Origin: Octopus sinensis
Lineage: Eukaryota
DNA: 64,000 bases
Reading direction: 5' to 3'
NCBI RefSeq assembly: GCF_006345805.1
Contig: NC_042997.1
Span: forward strand, 85,560,001 to 85,624,000
Positions 25,496-37,490 of the stretch are shown here, piece after piece (position 1 is the stretch's first letter; each line of letters starts with the position of its first letter). Below the pieces are notes generated by a model. It worked only from the letters and a program-made list of their open reading frames with translations, did no database searches and had not been told where the DNA came from. Position numbers and translations under genes: made by a program.

Positions 25496-26684
25496 TTATG
25501 AACCATTTTGTTGCATAATGCATCTCCATCTTCCCTTTAACTTGAAAATACCCTCTTCCCAGAATTGAGGTGGTTTCATGGCAAAGAATTCATCAAGGTA
25601 TCTTTTTACATCATCCAAGGAACTGAAATTTTTACCATTAAGACTATTCTGCAGAGACCTGAATAAGTGGAAATCCGAAGGAACAATATCTGGTGAATAT
25701 AGAGGATGGGGTAACATATCCCAGCCGAGCTGCAGCAATTTTTGTCTAGTTCCCAAAGAAATGTGTGGTCTTGCATTATCATGCTGGAAAACAACACCCT
25801 TCCTGTTGGCCAATTCTGGACATTTCTCTGGAATTGCTGCTTTTAACTCGTTCAGTTGTGTGCAGTATTTCTCAGAATTAATTGTCTGGTTACTTGGGAG
25901 AAGCTCATAGTACAGAATTCCTTTCCAATTCCACCAGACACAAAGCAAGACTTTTTAGGGTGAAGACCCACTTTTGGGATGGCTAAGGGTGGCTCATGTC
26001 ACTTACTCCAGGTTCACTTTCTCTGAACATTTTGGTAGATAATCCATTTCTCATCACCTGTCAGAATTTACTTTAAAAAAGGCACATTTTCATTCCATTT
26101 ATAAAGCGAATCACAGATGGAAATGCGATCCAAAAGGTTCTTCTCACTCAACACATGTGGTACCCAAACAGCGCAGTGATTTGTGTACCCAAGCTTTACA
26201 GGTGCTCATGAACGATGGATTTTGACAGGTTGAGGCTTTCTGCCAATTCTTGGGTTGTGCATTGTGGGTTATTCTCAATTTAATGACTTGATTTGATCAG
26301 GATGGTCTGCCTGATCGCTCTTTATCAATAAGGCTACAATCTCTAGCTTGGAACCTTGCAAACCACTTCCGTACAGTTCCTTCGGATAAAGAAACATCTA
26401 TGTAAACTGTGCATATTTCTTTGGTTGCTTGTAAGGCATTTTTCCACTTACAGAAAAAGAAAAGCATCAAGTGCCAAAAATGAACTTTCTTATCTTCCAT
26501 TTTAAAGGGTTACAGAATTAACACCTGTTATATGAACATAAACATTCTTCCACGAAAAGATAGCTTAAACTGTGCTCTAAATGGAGGTGTAGTCAAATCT
26601 TATTTTAGGAACTCAACCATGTTCTAAAATAAGTCAAAAGGTAAGCTGCTATAAATTGGCATGAACTTTCCAGACAACCCAATA
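25496..26684 (-). mobile_element. Mariner (DD34D, Mos1/Hsmar1-like) transposase pseudogene with one TIR retained
   Basis: LCVWWNWKGILYYELLP, FQHDNARPH and HPLYSPDIVPSDFHLFRSL; N-terminal HTH TVRKWFARF...ERSGRP. TIR ...CAGACAACCCAA plus TA ends at 26684. Confidence 0.92.
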
Positions 26685-26874
26685 GTTCATCAGAGGGAAA
26701 AGTGGCTGCAGCAATGCATTGTAGAATGCAGAGAGCAAGATGAGGCAAGTAAGACATCTTGATTGTCCACTGCATCTGTCTCCATCCCTTGTTGTCTGGA
26801 CCAGGTCTTCCCACTGGATTGAAGATGGTCACAGATAAGACAGTGAGGTTGACAGTGCACAACTCTTCTTCACT

Positions 26875-27102
26875 TTAACCCTTTAGCCTTTAAACTGGCC
26901 ATATCCAGCCCAAATATCCTACATATTTTGTATTCAGACTGGCTACAACTGGCCTCTCACACCTACTCTACGATGTCATTCTAAAAATATATTATCACAT
27001 CATTGAAATCTTGAAGCTAGAAAATAATGCTGGATTCATTTGCAATGATTTGAATAAATAAACATTATATTTGAAAAAGTAATCTGAATGCTAAAGGGTT
27101 AA
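26875..27102. mobile_element. About 220-bp MITE with TTAA TSD and CCCTTTAGC...GCTAAAGGG ends (piggyBac-like)
   Basis: Structure TTAA-CCCTTTAGC ... GCTAAAGGG-TTAA. Related copies are at 17544 and 29335. Confidence 0.75.
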
Positions 27103-27164
27103 ATAATTTCACTGCACAGATCATCAGTCATCCATATGATCTGTGAGATTTGGTCATTATTTCT

Positions 27165-27199
<35 letters not shown>

Positions 27200-28164
27200 C
27201 TTTTAAAGGTTCCCTCATTGGCTCATGAAATAAGGCATTGGAGAGAGATGTGATATGAAAAAACACAAGAACTTATCTAAATCTTTAACTCCTAAATAGA
27301 GCATAGGTCATTGATGTCTTTTCTCTACTGTTCTTGAATCTAGGTAGTCTTCAGGGCTGCTTCTTCAGTATGAGGATAACATCCCCTGAGTGAAGCATGA
27401 TTCCTCTCCCAGGTCTTATTGGTTTGAATGGTCATTGATGCTTCTGAAGTTTTTCTTTTTCTTTTTTTTTCTTCTAGGTAGAGGTGTTGACCCTACACAA
27501 ACCTATTTTTACCTCTGGGAAGAGGTGGTCCATTTTGGCCTTGCCTCTATCCTTTGGCCCATCCAAGAGCTTGTGCTTTGCTGGCATAGTTCTAGGTGTG
27601 AAACACCATCCACCACACTACAAATAACTACACAGTTTCTCCCTTTTAGCTTGTAAAAAAATATATTGGAAGAAAATATGAGATGCTTTAACAACCTGTT
27701 ATCAGCATAAACATATAAAGGAAATCAGAAACCTTTAAGCCAGGTCATTATTGTGAATTTCTGGTGGATTTTGTAACCTTTATTACACTTTCCACTTCCT
27801 GTTATTTTAGACATTTTTGGTAAATCCAGTTACCATAATCTCACACAGTTTTCAAGTAAATGTAGTGACAGATTCCTTTTTACACAATATAGTTGGATTG
27901 CTGACAGCAACTTCAAACAACTTTTGCCATTATCTCTTTTGTTATTAATAAAGGAGCTTTTCATTCTTCTTTTCACATTCTGTTTTTTCTTCATGATACT
28001 GACCTTTCTATAATGCCAAAAATCGATTCTTCCCCTACTCTCTCTATCTCTCTTATAGCTTTTTTATTTTTATAAGAAAAACTGGCTTGGTGTTCTCTGC
28101 ATCATTACTACTGCAAATGATGGTCTATTCATCATAACCTTTGTTGCATTTATCTTCAGTGCAC

Positions 28165-29100
28165 AGAGATAAGTAGCTTACTTTCTGACTACAGGGTTCT
28201 AGGTTCAGTCCTACTGCCTGGCACCAAGGGCAAGTGCAGGCTACTATAGCCCCAGGCCAATCAAAGCCTTGTGAGTGGATTTGGCAGATAGAAACTAAAA
28301 GACACCTGTTGCATTTATGTGTTTGTGTGTGTCTGTGTTTGTCCCCACCACCACTTGACAACCAATGTTGGTTTGTTTACATCCCTATCACTTAGCAGTT
28401 CAGCTGACAGAATAACTACCAGGCTTTAAAACAAAAAATAAGTACTGGGTTCAATTCATTCAGTTAAAACATTTTGAGGCACAGTGCCCCAGAAGGCTGT
28501 GGCCCAATGCCTGAAACAACTAAAAGATAAATATGTTATATAAACTATAAATTGGTCATTTAAGAAGTTAGTCTTCGTTAAATTCTGGCCTGAACATTTC
28601 TCATGAAAAATTCATTCTAAGCATTAACTTCTGGAGATATTTTAATTAACAAACATTTCTGTTAGCTAATGAATTTATGATCTGATGCAATTATAGTCAC
28701 ATCTTTTATTCTTCTATTCTGTTATTCTTTTACTTGTTTCTGTCATTTGAAGGCAGCCTTGCTGGAGCACCACCTTTAGTCAAACAAATTGACCCCAGGA
28801 CTCATACTCTGTAAGCCTAGTACTTATTCTATTGGTCTCTTTTGCTGAACTGCTAAGTTACAGGGATGTAATCACACCCACATCAATTGTCAAGTGATGG
28901 TGGAAGAGGCAAATACACACACACACACACACATATATATATGATGCGCTTCTTTCAGTTTCTGCCTACCAAATCCACTCACGAGGCTTTGATCAGCCTG
29001 AAGTTATAGTAAAAGACACTTGCCCATGGTACCATGCAATGGGACTGAACCCAGAACCATGTGTTTGGAAAACAAGCTTCTTACCACACAGCCACACTCG
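28165..29100. mobile_element. Two SINE family A copies tail-to-tail (28165-28530 plus, 28727-29100 minus)
   Basis: Both match family A, in opposite orientations. Confidence 0.8.
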
Positions 29101-29334
29101 CCTATCTGTTTATATTTCTAAGAATGAAAGAATATTATTTTAAAAAATTCAATACAATTTAAAACAAAAAATGCAAATGCACACTTAATTTTCCTATTAG
29201 TAAAAAAAGATATTAAAGACTGAATTCAATTGTAATTATATCAATGTAATAATTTCCACTATATAATAAAGAAACAATACAATAATTTGCATTTGAAAAT
29301 AGTATTATGATTTGAGCGATGAGTAGACAAGGTC

Positions 29335-30224
29335 AATCCTTTAGCTTTTAAACCAACCATATCTGTCCCAAATATTCTATTTGTTATTATGTTTAACCCT
29401 TTTGTTACCATATTTCTATTGAGATGCTCTGTGTTTCTTTCAATTAATTTTAAATATAACAAAGAATTTAGTAAAATAACTTAGTTATCATGAATTGGGA
29501 CTTAGGTTTGGTGAAAACAAGACATTTGTACTACAGAGCCAGAGGCAGTTTCAGCCAGATTGATATTAGAAGGATTAAACTGGTCAGATTTGATCTCACA
29601 TAAGAGCAGTTGCATAAAGAAATGCCGATCACTTTAAGTGCGGGGAAGTTGTGAAAGAGGGAAGTCCAGGAAGACACAGGATGAAGTATTGAAGGCTGAT
29701 CTCAAAAATGCTGAGTTATATAAAGAAGATGACAGGGAACCAAGATATGTGGGGCATTGTTGTTCTTGAGAAGACCCACCCACCACAACACAATTGAAAT
29801 CTTAAAACCAAGGTGCCACATAGAAACCCTTTTGTGTGGGTGCTGGTGTCACCTAAAAAACACTGGCACTGGTGTCACATAACAAGCACTAGGGCCATGT
29901 AAAAAGCATCTAATACACTCAATCAAGTGGTTGGTGTAAAGCACCTAATACACTCAATAAAGTGGTTGGTGTAAGGAAGGACATCCAGCTGTAGAAAACA
30001 AGCCAAAATGGAACCTAGTGCAGCCCCTGCCCTTGCCACTTCCTGTCAAGCTGTCCAATCCATATCAGCATGGAAAATGGTTGTTAGATGTTGATGATGA
30101 TGATGATAGATGAAACAGCCACATCAGTGAAATCTTGAGGGCACAAGATAATGTATGGTTAATTCAAAACTATGTGAATATATAAGTATTACATTTGACA
30201 GTAATGTGAATGCTAAAAGGTTAA
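29335..30224. mobile_element. TTAA MITE with a nested second TTAA MITE (about 29392-29578) and an RTE LINE 3' end (about 29620-30110, plus)
   Basis: Outer segments match the 26875 MITE. The insert encodes a degenerate RTE C-terminus (KKCRSL..GSCERGSPGR..DEVLKADL) followed by a 3' UTR GGAAGGACATCCAGCTG and a (GAT)n tail. Confidence 0.7.
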
Positions 30225-30271
30225 ACTTGAAAGGCAAAAATAGGCAATTTCTCAAAAATTTTTTTACAGAC

Positions 30272-30680
30272 ATGGCACAGATGTGACTGTGGTAAGAAGC
30301 TTGCTTCCCAACCACATGGTTCCAGGTTCAGTCCTACAGCTTGGTACATTGGGTAAGGGTCTTCTTTTATTACTTTGGGCCAACCAAAGCATTGTGAGTG
30401 GATTTGGTAGATGGAAACTGAAAGAAGCTCATCGTGTGCATGTGTGTGTATGTGTCTTTGTGTTTGTGTTTGTCCGCCCCACCCTATCATCGCTTGACAA
30501 CCAGTGTTGCTGTGTTTACATCCCTGTAAGTTAGCAGTTCAGCAACGAGACCAATAGAATAAGTATTAGGCTTAAAAATAAGTCCTGAGGTCAAATTGTT
30601 TGATAGAAACACTTCAAAGCAGTGCCCCAGCATGGCCGCTGTCAAATGACCAAAACAAGTAAAAGAATAAAAATAAAAGA
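30272..30680 (+). mobile_element. SINE family A
   Basis: Full head-to-tail match. Confidence 0.85.
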
Positions 30681-31679
30681 ATAGAAAAAAGATTATCAAA
30701 TATTCTGGTTACCCAATTCTAACAACCATTCAAGTATGAATCTGCTACAGAATCACTTGATTTCCTAAAATAAAAAAAATTTAAAAAAACAGGTGAGTCT
30801 TTGTCAAATCATACAATAAATGGAGGGAACACAGTAGATAATGAAACAAACAAAAAAAAGATGGAATAATCAGAGGTGGAAAGCTTTTGATCATATGTCT
30901 GTATGCTCAAAGCTAACCTGGAGCTAAACATTTCACACCAACAACAGTTATTTAAAAGCAAAGAGCTAGCAAGGGAACTTCTATAGTGTCATCCAACTCG
31001 TTTAGATATACTAGATACCACTCTGTCAAATCATATCTTAAAAAAAGAAAAGGTTATGTTGGATAATGAATTCATTGATATATTATGTATGAAAAAGGTG
31101 GGATAGTCATAGCTGAAATATTTTTGGTCACAAATTTGCTCAATCAGATCTGACTTGAAGCTAAATAGCAATAACAATAACAATAACTTAACGATAAAGA
31201 GAAGAAAACTGCAGATAAAAAATTGCAAAACAAGAGAAATAAAACTACCATGATTATAACTGAACACAAAAATATACAATAAAGATAAAATGTAATTAAA
31301 AAATAAATAACTACGACTTATGTAACCAAAAAGTTCTGAATTTGCATTACATGGCACTTTGGGCAAACCTTTTTTCTGTAGATTGTGTAGACCAAGGAAT
31401 TTGGTAGAGAGAAATTATGTAGATGGTCAATGTATATATTGCTCATTTGCTTCACATCCATTTTTCCAAGTCAACATTGGATGGACAGAGACTTCTTGAG
31501 GCAAAATTTTATGGATCTTGTCACCACTTCTTACCTGTTTTTCAAGTAAGGGTTTTTCTTTTTTACTGGTCTTTTTTTTTCACTGGTCTTTAAAAGTACA
31601 GAGCAACAGGAATGAAAAACATGTTTTTGCTCAAGCATCATCATATGAAAATGCAAAATGTAAACATTCATGCACATTG

Positions 31680-31710
<31 letters not shown>

Positions 31711-31956
31711 TGTGTGTGTGAGGTAATACGCTTAATTATTTTCACATTTAGATAATTTTCAAAAGTGTAAGTTTTGAGGGACATGAAACACATTTGAAAA
31801 TTATACAAACATGAAACCAGTTAAGTATACTGATAATAATATAGATAAATACTCATATAGTCTCATTCTGCATTTTCAACTTCATTTATTTCTTCCATAC
31901 TATATCTATCAGTCTGTCAATCTCTGTCTGTCTATCAATCAATTTCTCTCCTTACA

Positions 31957-32028
31957 TGTATGTATGTATGTATGTATGTATGTATGTATGTATGTATGTA
32001 TGTATGTATGTATGTATGTATGTATGTA

Positions 32029-32059
<31 letters not shown>

Positions 32060-32142
32060 ATGAATGTATGTATGTATGTATGTATGTATGTATGCATGTA
32101 TGTATGTATGTATGTATGCATGCATGTATGTATGCATGTATG

Positions 32143-32176
<34 letters not shown>

Positions 32177-32207
32177 TGTATGTATGTATGTATGTATGTA
32201 TGTATGT
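31957..32207. repeat. (TATG)n microsatellite
   Basis: Directly visible. It is the source of the MYVC/YIHT ORFs. Confidence 0.95.
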
Positions 32208-32279
32208 AGATGTGTGCATACACATTATATTTCCAGCATTTGTAACATTACTCCAGCCTTCTTGCATAGGTGAACAGGG

Positions 32280-32530
32280 CTTCCAAGGTAGTGTATGTCA
32301 CCTATCATTTCAGTCTTTTGTCATTTCCTCTCTGCAGCTAAGCATCCTGATATCACTCTCTGCCTCCTCATCACACATCTTCCTGGATTTACTCCTTCCA
32401 CAGGCTACATCCACTGTAAGCAATCAGCATTTCTTTATACACCTGTTCAAACACTATATGCATCACATGTCCATGCTAATGTAATCTCTCTTGCACACCA
32501 CATCTGATTCCTCTTATGTTCAGTTTTCCT
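32280..32530 (-). mobile_element. RTE LINE ORF C-terminal fragment
   Basis: Reverse complement reads KLNIRGIRCGVQERL..HGHVM, resembling the RTE RLRWYGHV region. Confidence 0.6.
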
Positions 32531-32619
32531 CATAAACACTGAATTAGCAAAGCATGCTTGCTTCATTTGCTCCTAATCTTTACTCCTCTATTTTCAAGAC
32601 CCACACATCTCACCTCTCT

Positions 32620-32651
<32 letters not shown>

Positions 32652-32664
32652 ACTATATATATAT

Positions 32665-32715
<51 letters not shown>

Positions 32716-32723
32716 ATATATAT

Positions 32724-33278
32724 GGGGGGCAAAGGAAAGTGATTGTGTCTCTCATAGCCTCTCCTCTCCAGGTGTAATGATCGCTGCAGAACTTCTACTT
32801 GGCTGCGCCTTGTGGAAAGTTCTTGCTAATGGCCTCTCCTGCACTACTGTGTCCACAGCAGCACCTTCACGCGGTACCCCCTGTTCTCACTGAGCCTGCT
32901 GTGTGGCGCGACCGGGTGCTTGGCGGTATAACCAGGTGGGCAGACTGGGCTCGTTAGCCTTGGTTGGCAGCCAGTCTAGGAGAAGGAAAACTCTGACTCC
33001 AAACCCTCGCTCCGCTGCCTTGCGGATGCTCTTAGGAGAGGGAAAGGCTATGGGAGTAAACCCAGACAGAAAATCCGGAGTGGAGCCCCGAAGGCGATAG
33101 GGTGTCGAATCTCGACCCCTTTCCGGCAACTCCTGCAGCCAACCAGACTCCAAACGTACTGCACTGCATTCCTTTGGATTATGTCTGGGGGGGCCGAGAG
33201 GGAGATTCTGGTGTCTGGGCAGCCCAGTGTCTTCGTTTCTACCGCCCAGGCTTGCGCCATGGAGAAACTACTCCATCG
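32724..33278 (+). mobile_element. GC-rich RTE-like 5'-UTR segment flanked by (TA)n
   Basis: Contains GGCAGCCAGTCTAGGAGAAGGAAAACTCTGA and AATCCGGAGTGGAGCC, motifs I recall from RTE-clade 5' regions. CpG-rich, with no convincing ORF. Confidence 0.45.
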
Positions 33279-33470
33279 ATATATATATATATATATATAC
33301 AAATTGAGATAGGGGTTGTAAATGCAACCCTCCATGGGATAAAATATATCCAATATACTGCTAGTGAAGTACCCAACAAAGTTAATACATAAATGTTAAG
33401 GATTGCGATGCAATCAATTCATTTACTGTATTATATGGGCAAAGGTAAAATGATTTACCACAAATTACTA

Positions 33471-33816
33471 ATACAAGATAAGAAAATGGAGAAATACATC
33501 TAAATAAAATATCAATTACCAGATAATACTCAATCACATACTTTATTAAACCACCACATAAGAGACTGTAGGGTTAAGCATAAATAAGCAGAACAAATCA
33601 GTGTACATAAAGGAATGTACATAAAAAAGTGTACATAAAAGAGTAATGTTGTATAATAAGTAGAATATATATAAAAAAAGAGAATATAAATATAAGTAAA
33701 TATAAATATAAGTATAAATTACATCTTATGTGGTGATTTAATAAAGTATGTGATTGAGTATTATCTGGTAATTGATATTTGATTTAGTTGTATTTCTCCA
33801 TTTTCTTATCTTGTAT
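33471..33816. repeat. Fold-back repeat with about 93-bp arms abutting (TA)n; probable inverted PLE pseudo-LTR
   Basis: 33471-33563 matches the reverse complement of 33724-33816 with few mismatches. Confidence 0.8.
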
Positions 33817-33893
33817 ATATATATTTACATACACACATGTGTGAGTGTGTAAATATATATGTATGTGTGCGTACATATATATATACTTATATA

Positions 33894-35184
33894 CGAGGGG
33901 CGTTCAATAAGTAATGCCTCTGACCCACTTGCCTTTGTTTGATCTAGCTGGAATTTTGCATGTGCAATTATTGATATCTCTATAGATTAAGTGGCAAATT
34001 ACAGCTACGAACTAATTGAGGTTTCTGATTTACAGGTGTTTGAAATGAGTCAAGTGGGAAATGGAGCATGTTGAGTGTCAGGCAGTGATCCGGTTTTTGT
34101 ATTTGAAATGACGCACACCACAGGAGACTTTTAATGAAATGAAAGTAACTTATGGTGATGATGCCCCATCATATGACCTTGTAAAACGCTGGCATCGTGA
34201 ATTCAAACATGGTCGGAACTCTGTGGAAACAGCTCCCAGATCTGGTCGCACCCCTTCTGCCATTGATGAGGCATCTGTCCGTCAAGTTGAGGCTGCCATT
34301 TTGGAAGATCGACGCATAACAATTCGCCAAATAGCCCATGAGGTCAAGATTAGTACCAGGTCTGTGGAAACTATCATTCATGACCATTTGCATATGCAAA
34401 AGGTGTCTGCCAGATGGATTTCCAGGTTGCTCACACTTTTCCAGAAGCAAGAACGCAAGAATTCCAGAAGCAAGAATTTAGGGATGTGCCAAGAAGATGA
34501 GTCAAAATTTTTCAAAAGACTGATTACACAGGATGAGACCTGGGTCCATCACTATGATCCAGAGACCAAAGCCCAGTCAATGCAGTGGAAGCACCATGAC
34601 TCACCTCCTCCAAAGAAGGCAAGGGTGCAGCCCTCCGCTGGCAAGGTCATGCTCACAGTCTTCTGGGACCAGGACGGAGTAGTGATGCCAGATTTCCTGG
34701 CAAAGGGTACCACAATTACAGGAGCCTATCATGTTTCACTTTTGAAGAAATTAAGAGAAGCTATCGAAACCAAGAGGCGGGGCAAGATCAGCAAAGGCAT
34801 CCTCCTCCTGCAGGACAACGCTCCGGTCTACAACTCGCGTGTCGCCAGATCAGAAGCACAGGCGTGCGGCTATGAACTCTTCCCCATCCCCCTACTCTCC
34901 TGACCTTGCACCCTCTGATTTTCACCTCTTCCCAGCCATGAAGTTGTTTTTGAAAGTAAAGCATTTCCCAGATGATGCAGCCTTGATTTCTGAAGTCACG
35001 TCGTGGTTGGAGGACCAAGCTGGGGTCTTCTACGAAAACGGTCTCCAGAACTGCATCAAACGATGGGAGAAATGCATACCTCTGGGTTGTTCCTATGTAG
35101 AAAAAGACCAATACCTGTGCCAAGTTTCGTTGCTCTACTGCTATGGGAAGTGGGTCAGGGGCATTACTTATTGAATGCCCCTCG
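33894..35184 (+). mobile_element. Full-length (1291 bp) irritans-subfamily-like mariner with 37-bp TIRs and TA TSD
   Basis: TA|CGAGGGGCGTTCAATAAGTAATGCCTCTGACCCACTT ... AAGTGGGTCAGGGGCATTACTTATTGAATGCCCCTCG|TA, with 2 mismatches between the TIRs. Confidence 0.95.
34061..35111 (+). pseudogene. Mariner DD34D transposase pseudogene
   Basis: ATG at 34061 (MEHVECQAVIRFLYLK*) with premature TGA at 34109. Motifs ITQDETWV, LQDNAP and SPDLAPSDFHLF; frameshift near 34885. Confidence 0.9.
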
Positions 35185-35189
35185 TATAT

Positions 35190-35527
35190 GAAGGGTAAAA
35201 GGACAAATACCTCCTTTTGTCATGAATGTGCATGGGATTGCACTTAGAAAGTCCCCTTCTGAGGCACAAGTCCAGGCATGGTTGTTTATGAAAGACCAGC
35301 AGTTGCCCATGCATACCAGTCTCCCCTCCCTGCACCACCAATGTTATCCAAGGGAAAGGCAAAGGCTGATACAACTTGCCATTAGTGACATTGCAATTCA
35401 TTTCTACAGCTGAGTGAACTGGAGCAGCATGAAATAAAGTGTCTTGTTTAAAAACAAAGCATACAGCCCAATCCAGGACCTCATGATTGTGAGCCCAAAA
35501 CTCTAACCCCTGAGCCATGTACCTTCA
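35190..35527 (-). mobile_element. tRNA-derived SINE family D (CORE-like)
   Basis: Reverse complement has a TGGCTCAGGGGTTAG head, then CAAGACACTTTATTTCA..GCTCCAGTTCACTCAGCTG. A related segment lies at about 57390-57607. Confidence 0.7.
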
Positions 35528-35540
35528 CATAGACACACTT

Positions 35541-35610
<70 letters not shown>

Positions 35611-35712
35611 TGTCGGTAGAACATAAATCTGAAAAAGAAGCACACTCTAAGTTATAGAGCAGTATATAATATAAATAAAGTTAGATAAGGCTGGTTTATG
35701 GTATTACCTTCA

Positions 35713-35860
35713 GTTTCATGTTCATAAAGCACTTAGCATTATAGCTTATCATCAAATCCAAAAACTTGTAGGCTTAAGGCCACTCTAGAGAGGCCTTAAG
35801 CCAACAGGTTTTGGGATCTGATGATATGCTGTAAAGCTAAGCACTATATGAATGTGAAAC
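35713..35860. repeat. Loop-less 148-bp imperfect palindrome with hammerhead-like CUGAUGA...GAAA in each arm
   Basis: Centred on CTCTAGAG (35783-35790). The arms differ partly by CpG-decay pairs (TG vs CA). Confidence 0.8.
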
Positions 35861-36406
35861 CCAGGAAAAAGCAGGTTAGTTCACTGGTGTAATCGGTAAC
35901 ACACTTAGTTGTGTAAACAAAAGGGATGTGCATTCAAGTCCCACGCATATGGGAAAAACCTACGTTTTTCTGTTGAAGGCTTATATGCCCCATTATTAGA
36001 CTATTTTCCTTAGTCATTGTGCGGTGATCGCTATAAGCTTTAAGCTTATAAAATACTATTATTATTATTTACAGAATTGTAAAACTCAACACTGCTTGAC
36101 AAAACCATTCACAGTGAATACACACACACACCGAAACGTAGAGTAGATGAAATTAAGGCGACTGAAGAAAGGGAATTTTCCTTGTTTTGTATGTCCTGTA
36201 CTCTATTTTTCGTTGTTTAAAAAAATGTCCATTTCCTTGGTTTTGTGTTTATGTTTTCGTTTCTCATTGTGTTCGACGTTTTTTTGGTGTCCTGTACCCA
36301 TATATGCATGTATATATATATGTAGAGGTAGGTACGTACATATATGTATGTATATATGCATATGTTTTATTTATTTTAAATTTATTATATATATATATAT
36401 ATATAT

Positions 36407-36439
<33 letters not shown>

Positions 36440-36689
36440 CATACATATCGTTAATTAAATATATTCAATGAGAATGCAATATAAGTACTCTTGGTAGGGA
36501 AATGTGTAAAACATTAAAGGTATTTAGACATTTAATAATAGCGATTATTATTATATTATGAAATAAAAGCAGGAAAATTACAGCGAAAAATCATCACAGA
36601 AGATATAAATCCAAAATAATATTGTATTAATAGATAGATGTATAAATATATGAAGCATGATAATTTAAAAAGTTTAAAAGTTTAAAATA

Positions 36690-36778
36690 TCTTACGATCA
36701 TTTCATGAATGTATTACCCTTAGGAATGGAATTTAAAATTGATAATCAGTATTAGGTAATACATCCGCTCATCAGAGA
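36690..36778 (-). ncRNA. Type I hammerhead-ribozyme motif (PLE pseudo-LTR type)
   Basis: Minus strand: UCU-CUGAUGA-GCGGAUGUAUUACC...GGUAAUACAUUCAU-GAAA-UGAUCG-UA-AGA. Core boxes are intact and stem II pairs at 13 of 14 positions. Confidence 0.7.
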
Positions 36779-36865
36779 GAAAGAGGGTGAATTTCTGTGT
36801 AGTCAATTGAACGCTATTTAAAAATATATGTAAAAGATGTTGTTTAAAAAGTCTTATTTTATAAT

Positions 36866-36913
<48 letters not shown>

Positions 36914-37059
36914 ATATATATCCACATGTGAATTGGCAAATGAAAGAAAAAGTCATTCAACATCATATTCCAACAACACTGTGTGACCCATCTTAACCAA
37001 TAAATAGCAACCCATTTTCCAGCAGCCAGCTTGGACTACCTGTGCCCTTCCACTTGCTA

Positions 37060-37490
37060 ATCTGAGCCTGAATGAGCAAGGCTTCTGCATGAAGACTATG
37101 AACATTTAAGTCACACACAGCCAAATCAAATGGTTTTAAACAGTAAAGTGGGTGAGTTCCTTTCAAGTGTTGGGTCTCCTGGAGGCAAGGTGGCTGAGTT
37201 TCTTTTGAGCGTTGGGCCTCACAAAGGCAAAGTGCATGTAAATGCACCTTGATGTCATACAAATGACACCTATGCCAGTGGCACATAAAAGCACACATTA
37301 CACTCTCGAAGTGGTTGGTGTTAGGATGGGTGTCCAGCCATAGAAAACCATGCCAAATCAGACTGAAGTCTAGTGCAGCCTTCCAGTGTGCCAGCCCAGA
37401 TAGACCATCCAACCCTTGCCAGCATGGACAATGGACATTAAATGATGACGATGATGATGATGATGAAGAAGATGATGATGATGATGATGA
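37060..37490 (+). mobile_element. RTE LINE 3'-UTR-derived repeat (family C) with (GAT)n tail
   Basis: GTGGTTGGTGTTAGGATGGGTGTCCAGCC...GGACATTAAATGATGAC. Other copies are at about 7473, 42370, 43230, 46520, 47960, 51246 and 59410. Confidence 0.75.

Noticed and set aside
27390-28100. Possible very old LINE remnant on the minus strand
   Set aside because: No RT motif could be read with confidence.
31811-32484. MYVC/YIHT-repeat ORFs, and similar YI-repeat ORFs at 12.0, 44.0, 46.2 and 58.4 kb
   Set aside because: Artefacts of (TATG)n and (TA)n microsatellites.
32724-32835. HDV-like ribozyme at the start of the GC-rich element
   Set aside because: A P4-like hairpin and GCUAAU are present, but I could not build consistent P1/P2 pseudoknot pairings by eye.
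36131-36185. Type II hammerhead reading (GAAACGUA...CUGAAGA)
   Set aside because: Stem I does not pair. Only the 3' half GAAACGUA-GAGU is retained as a relic.
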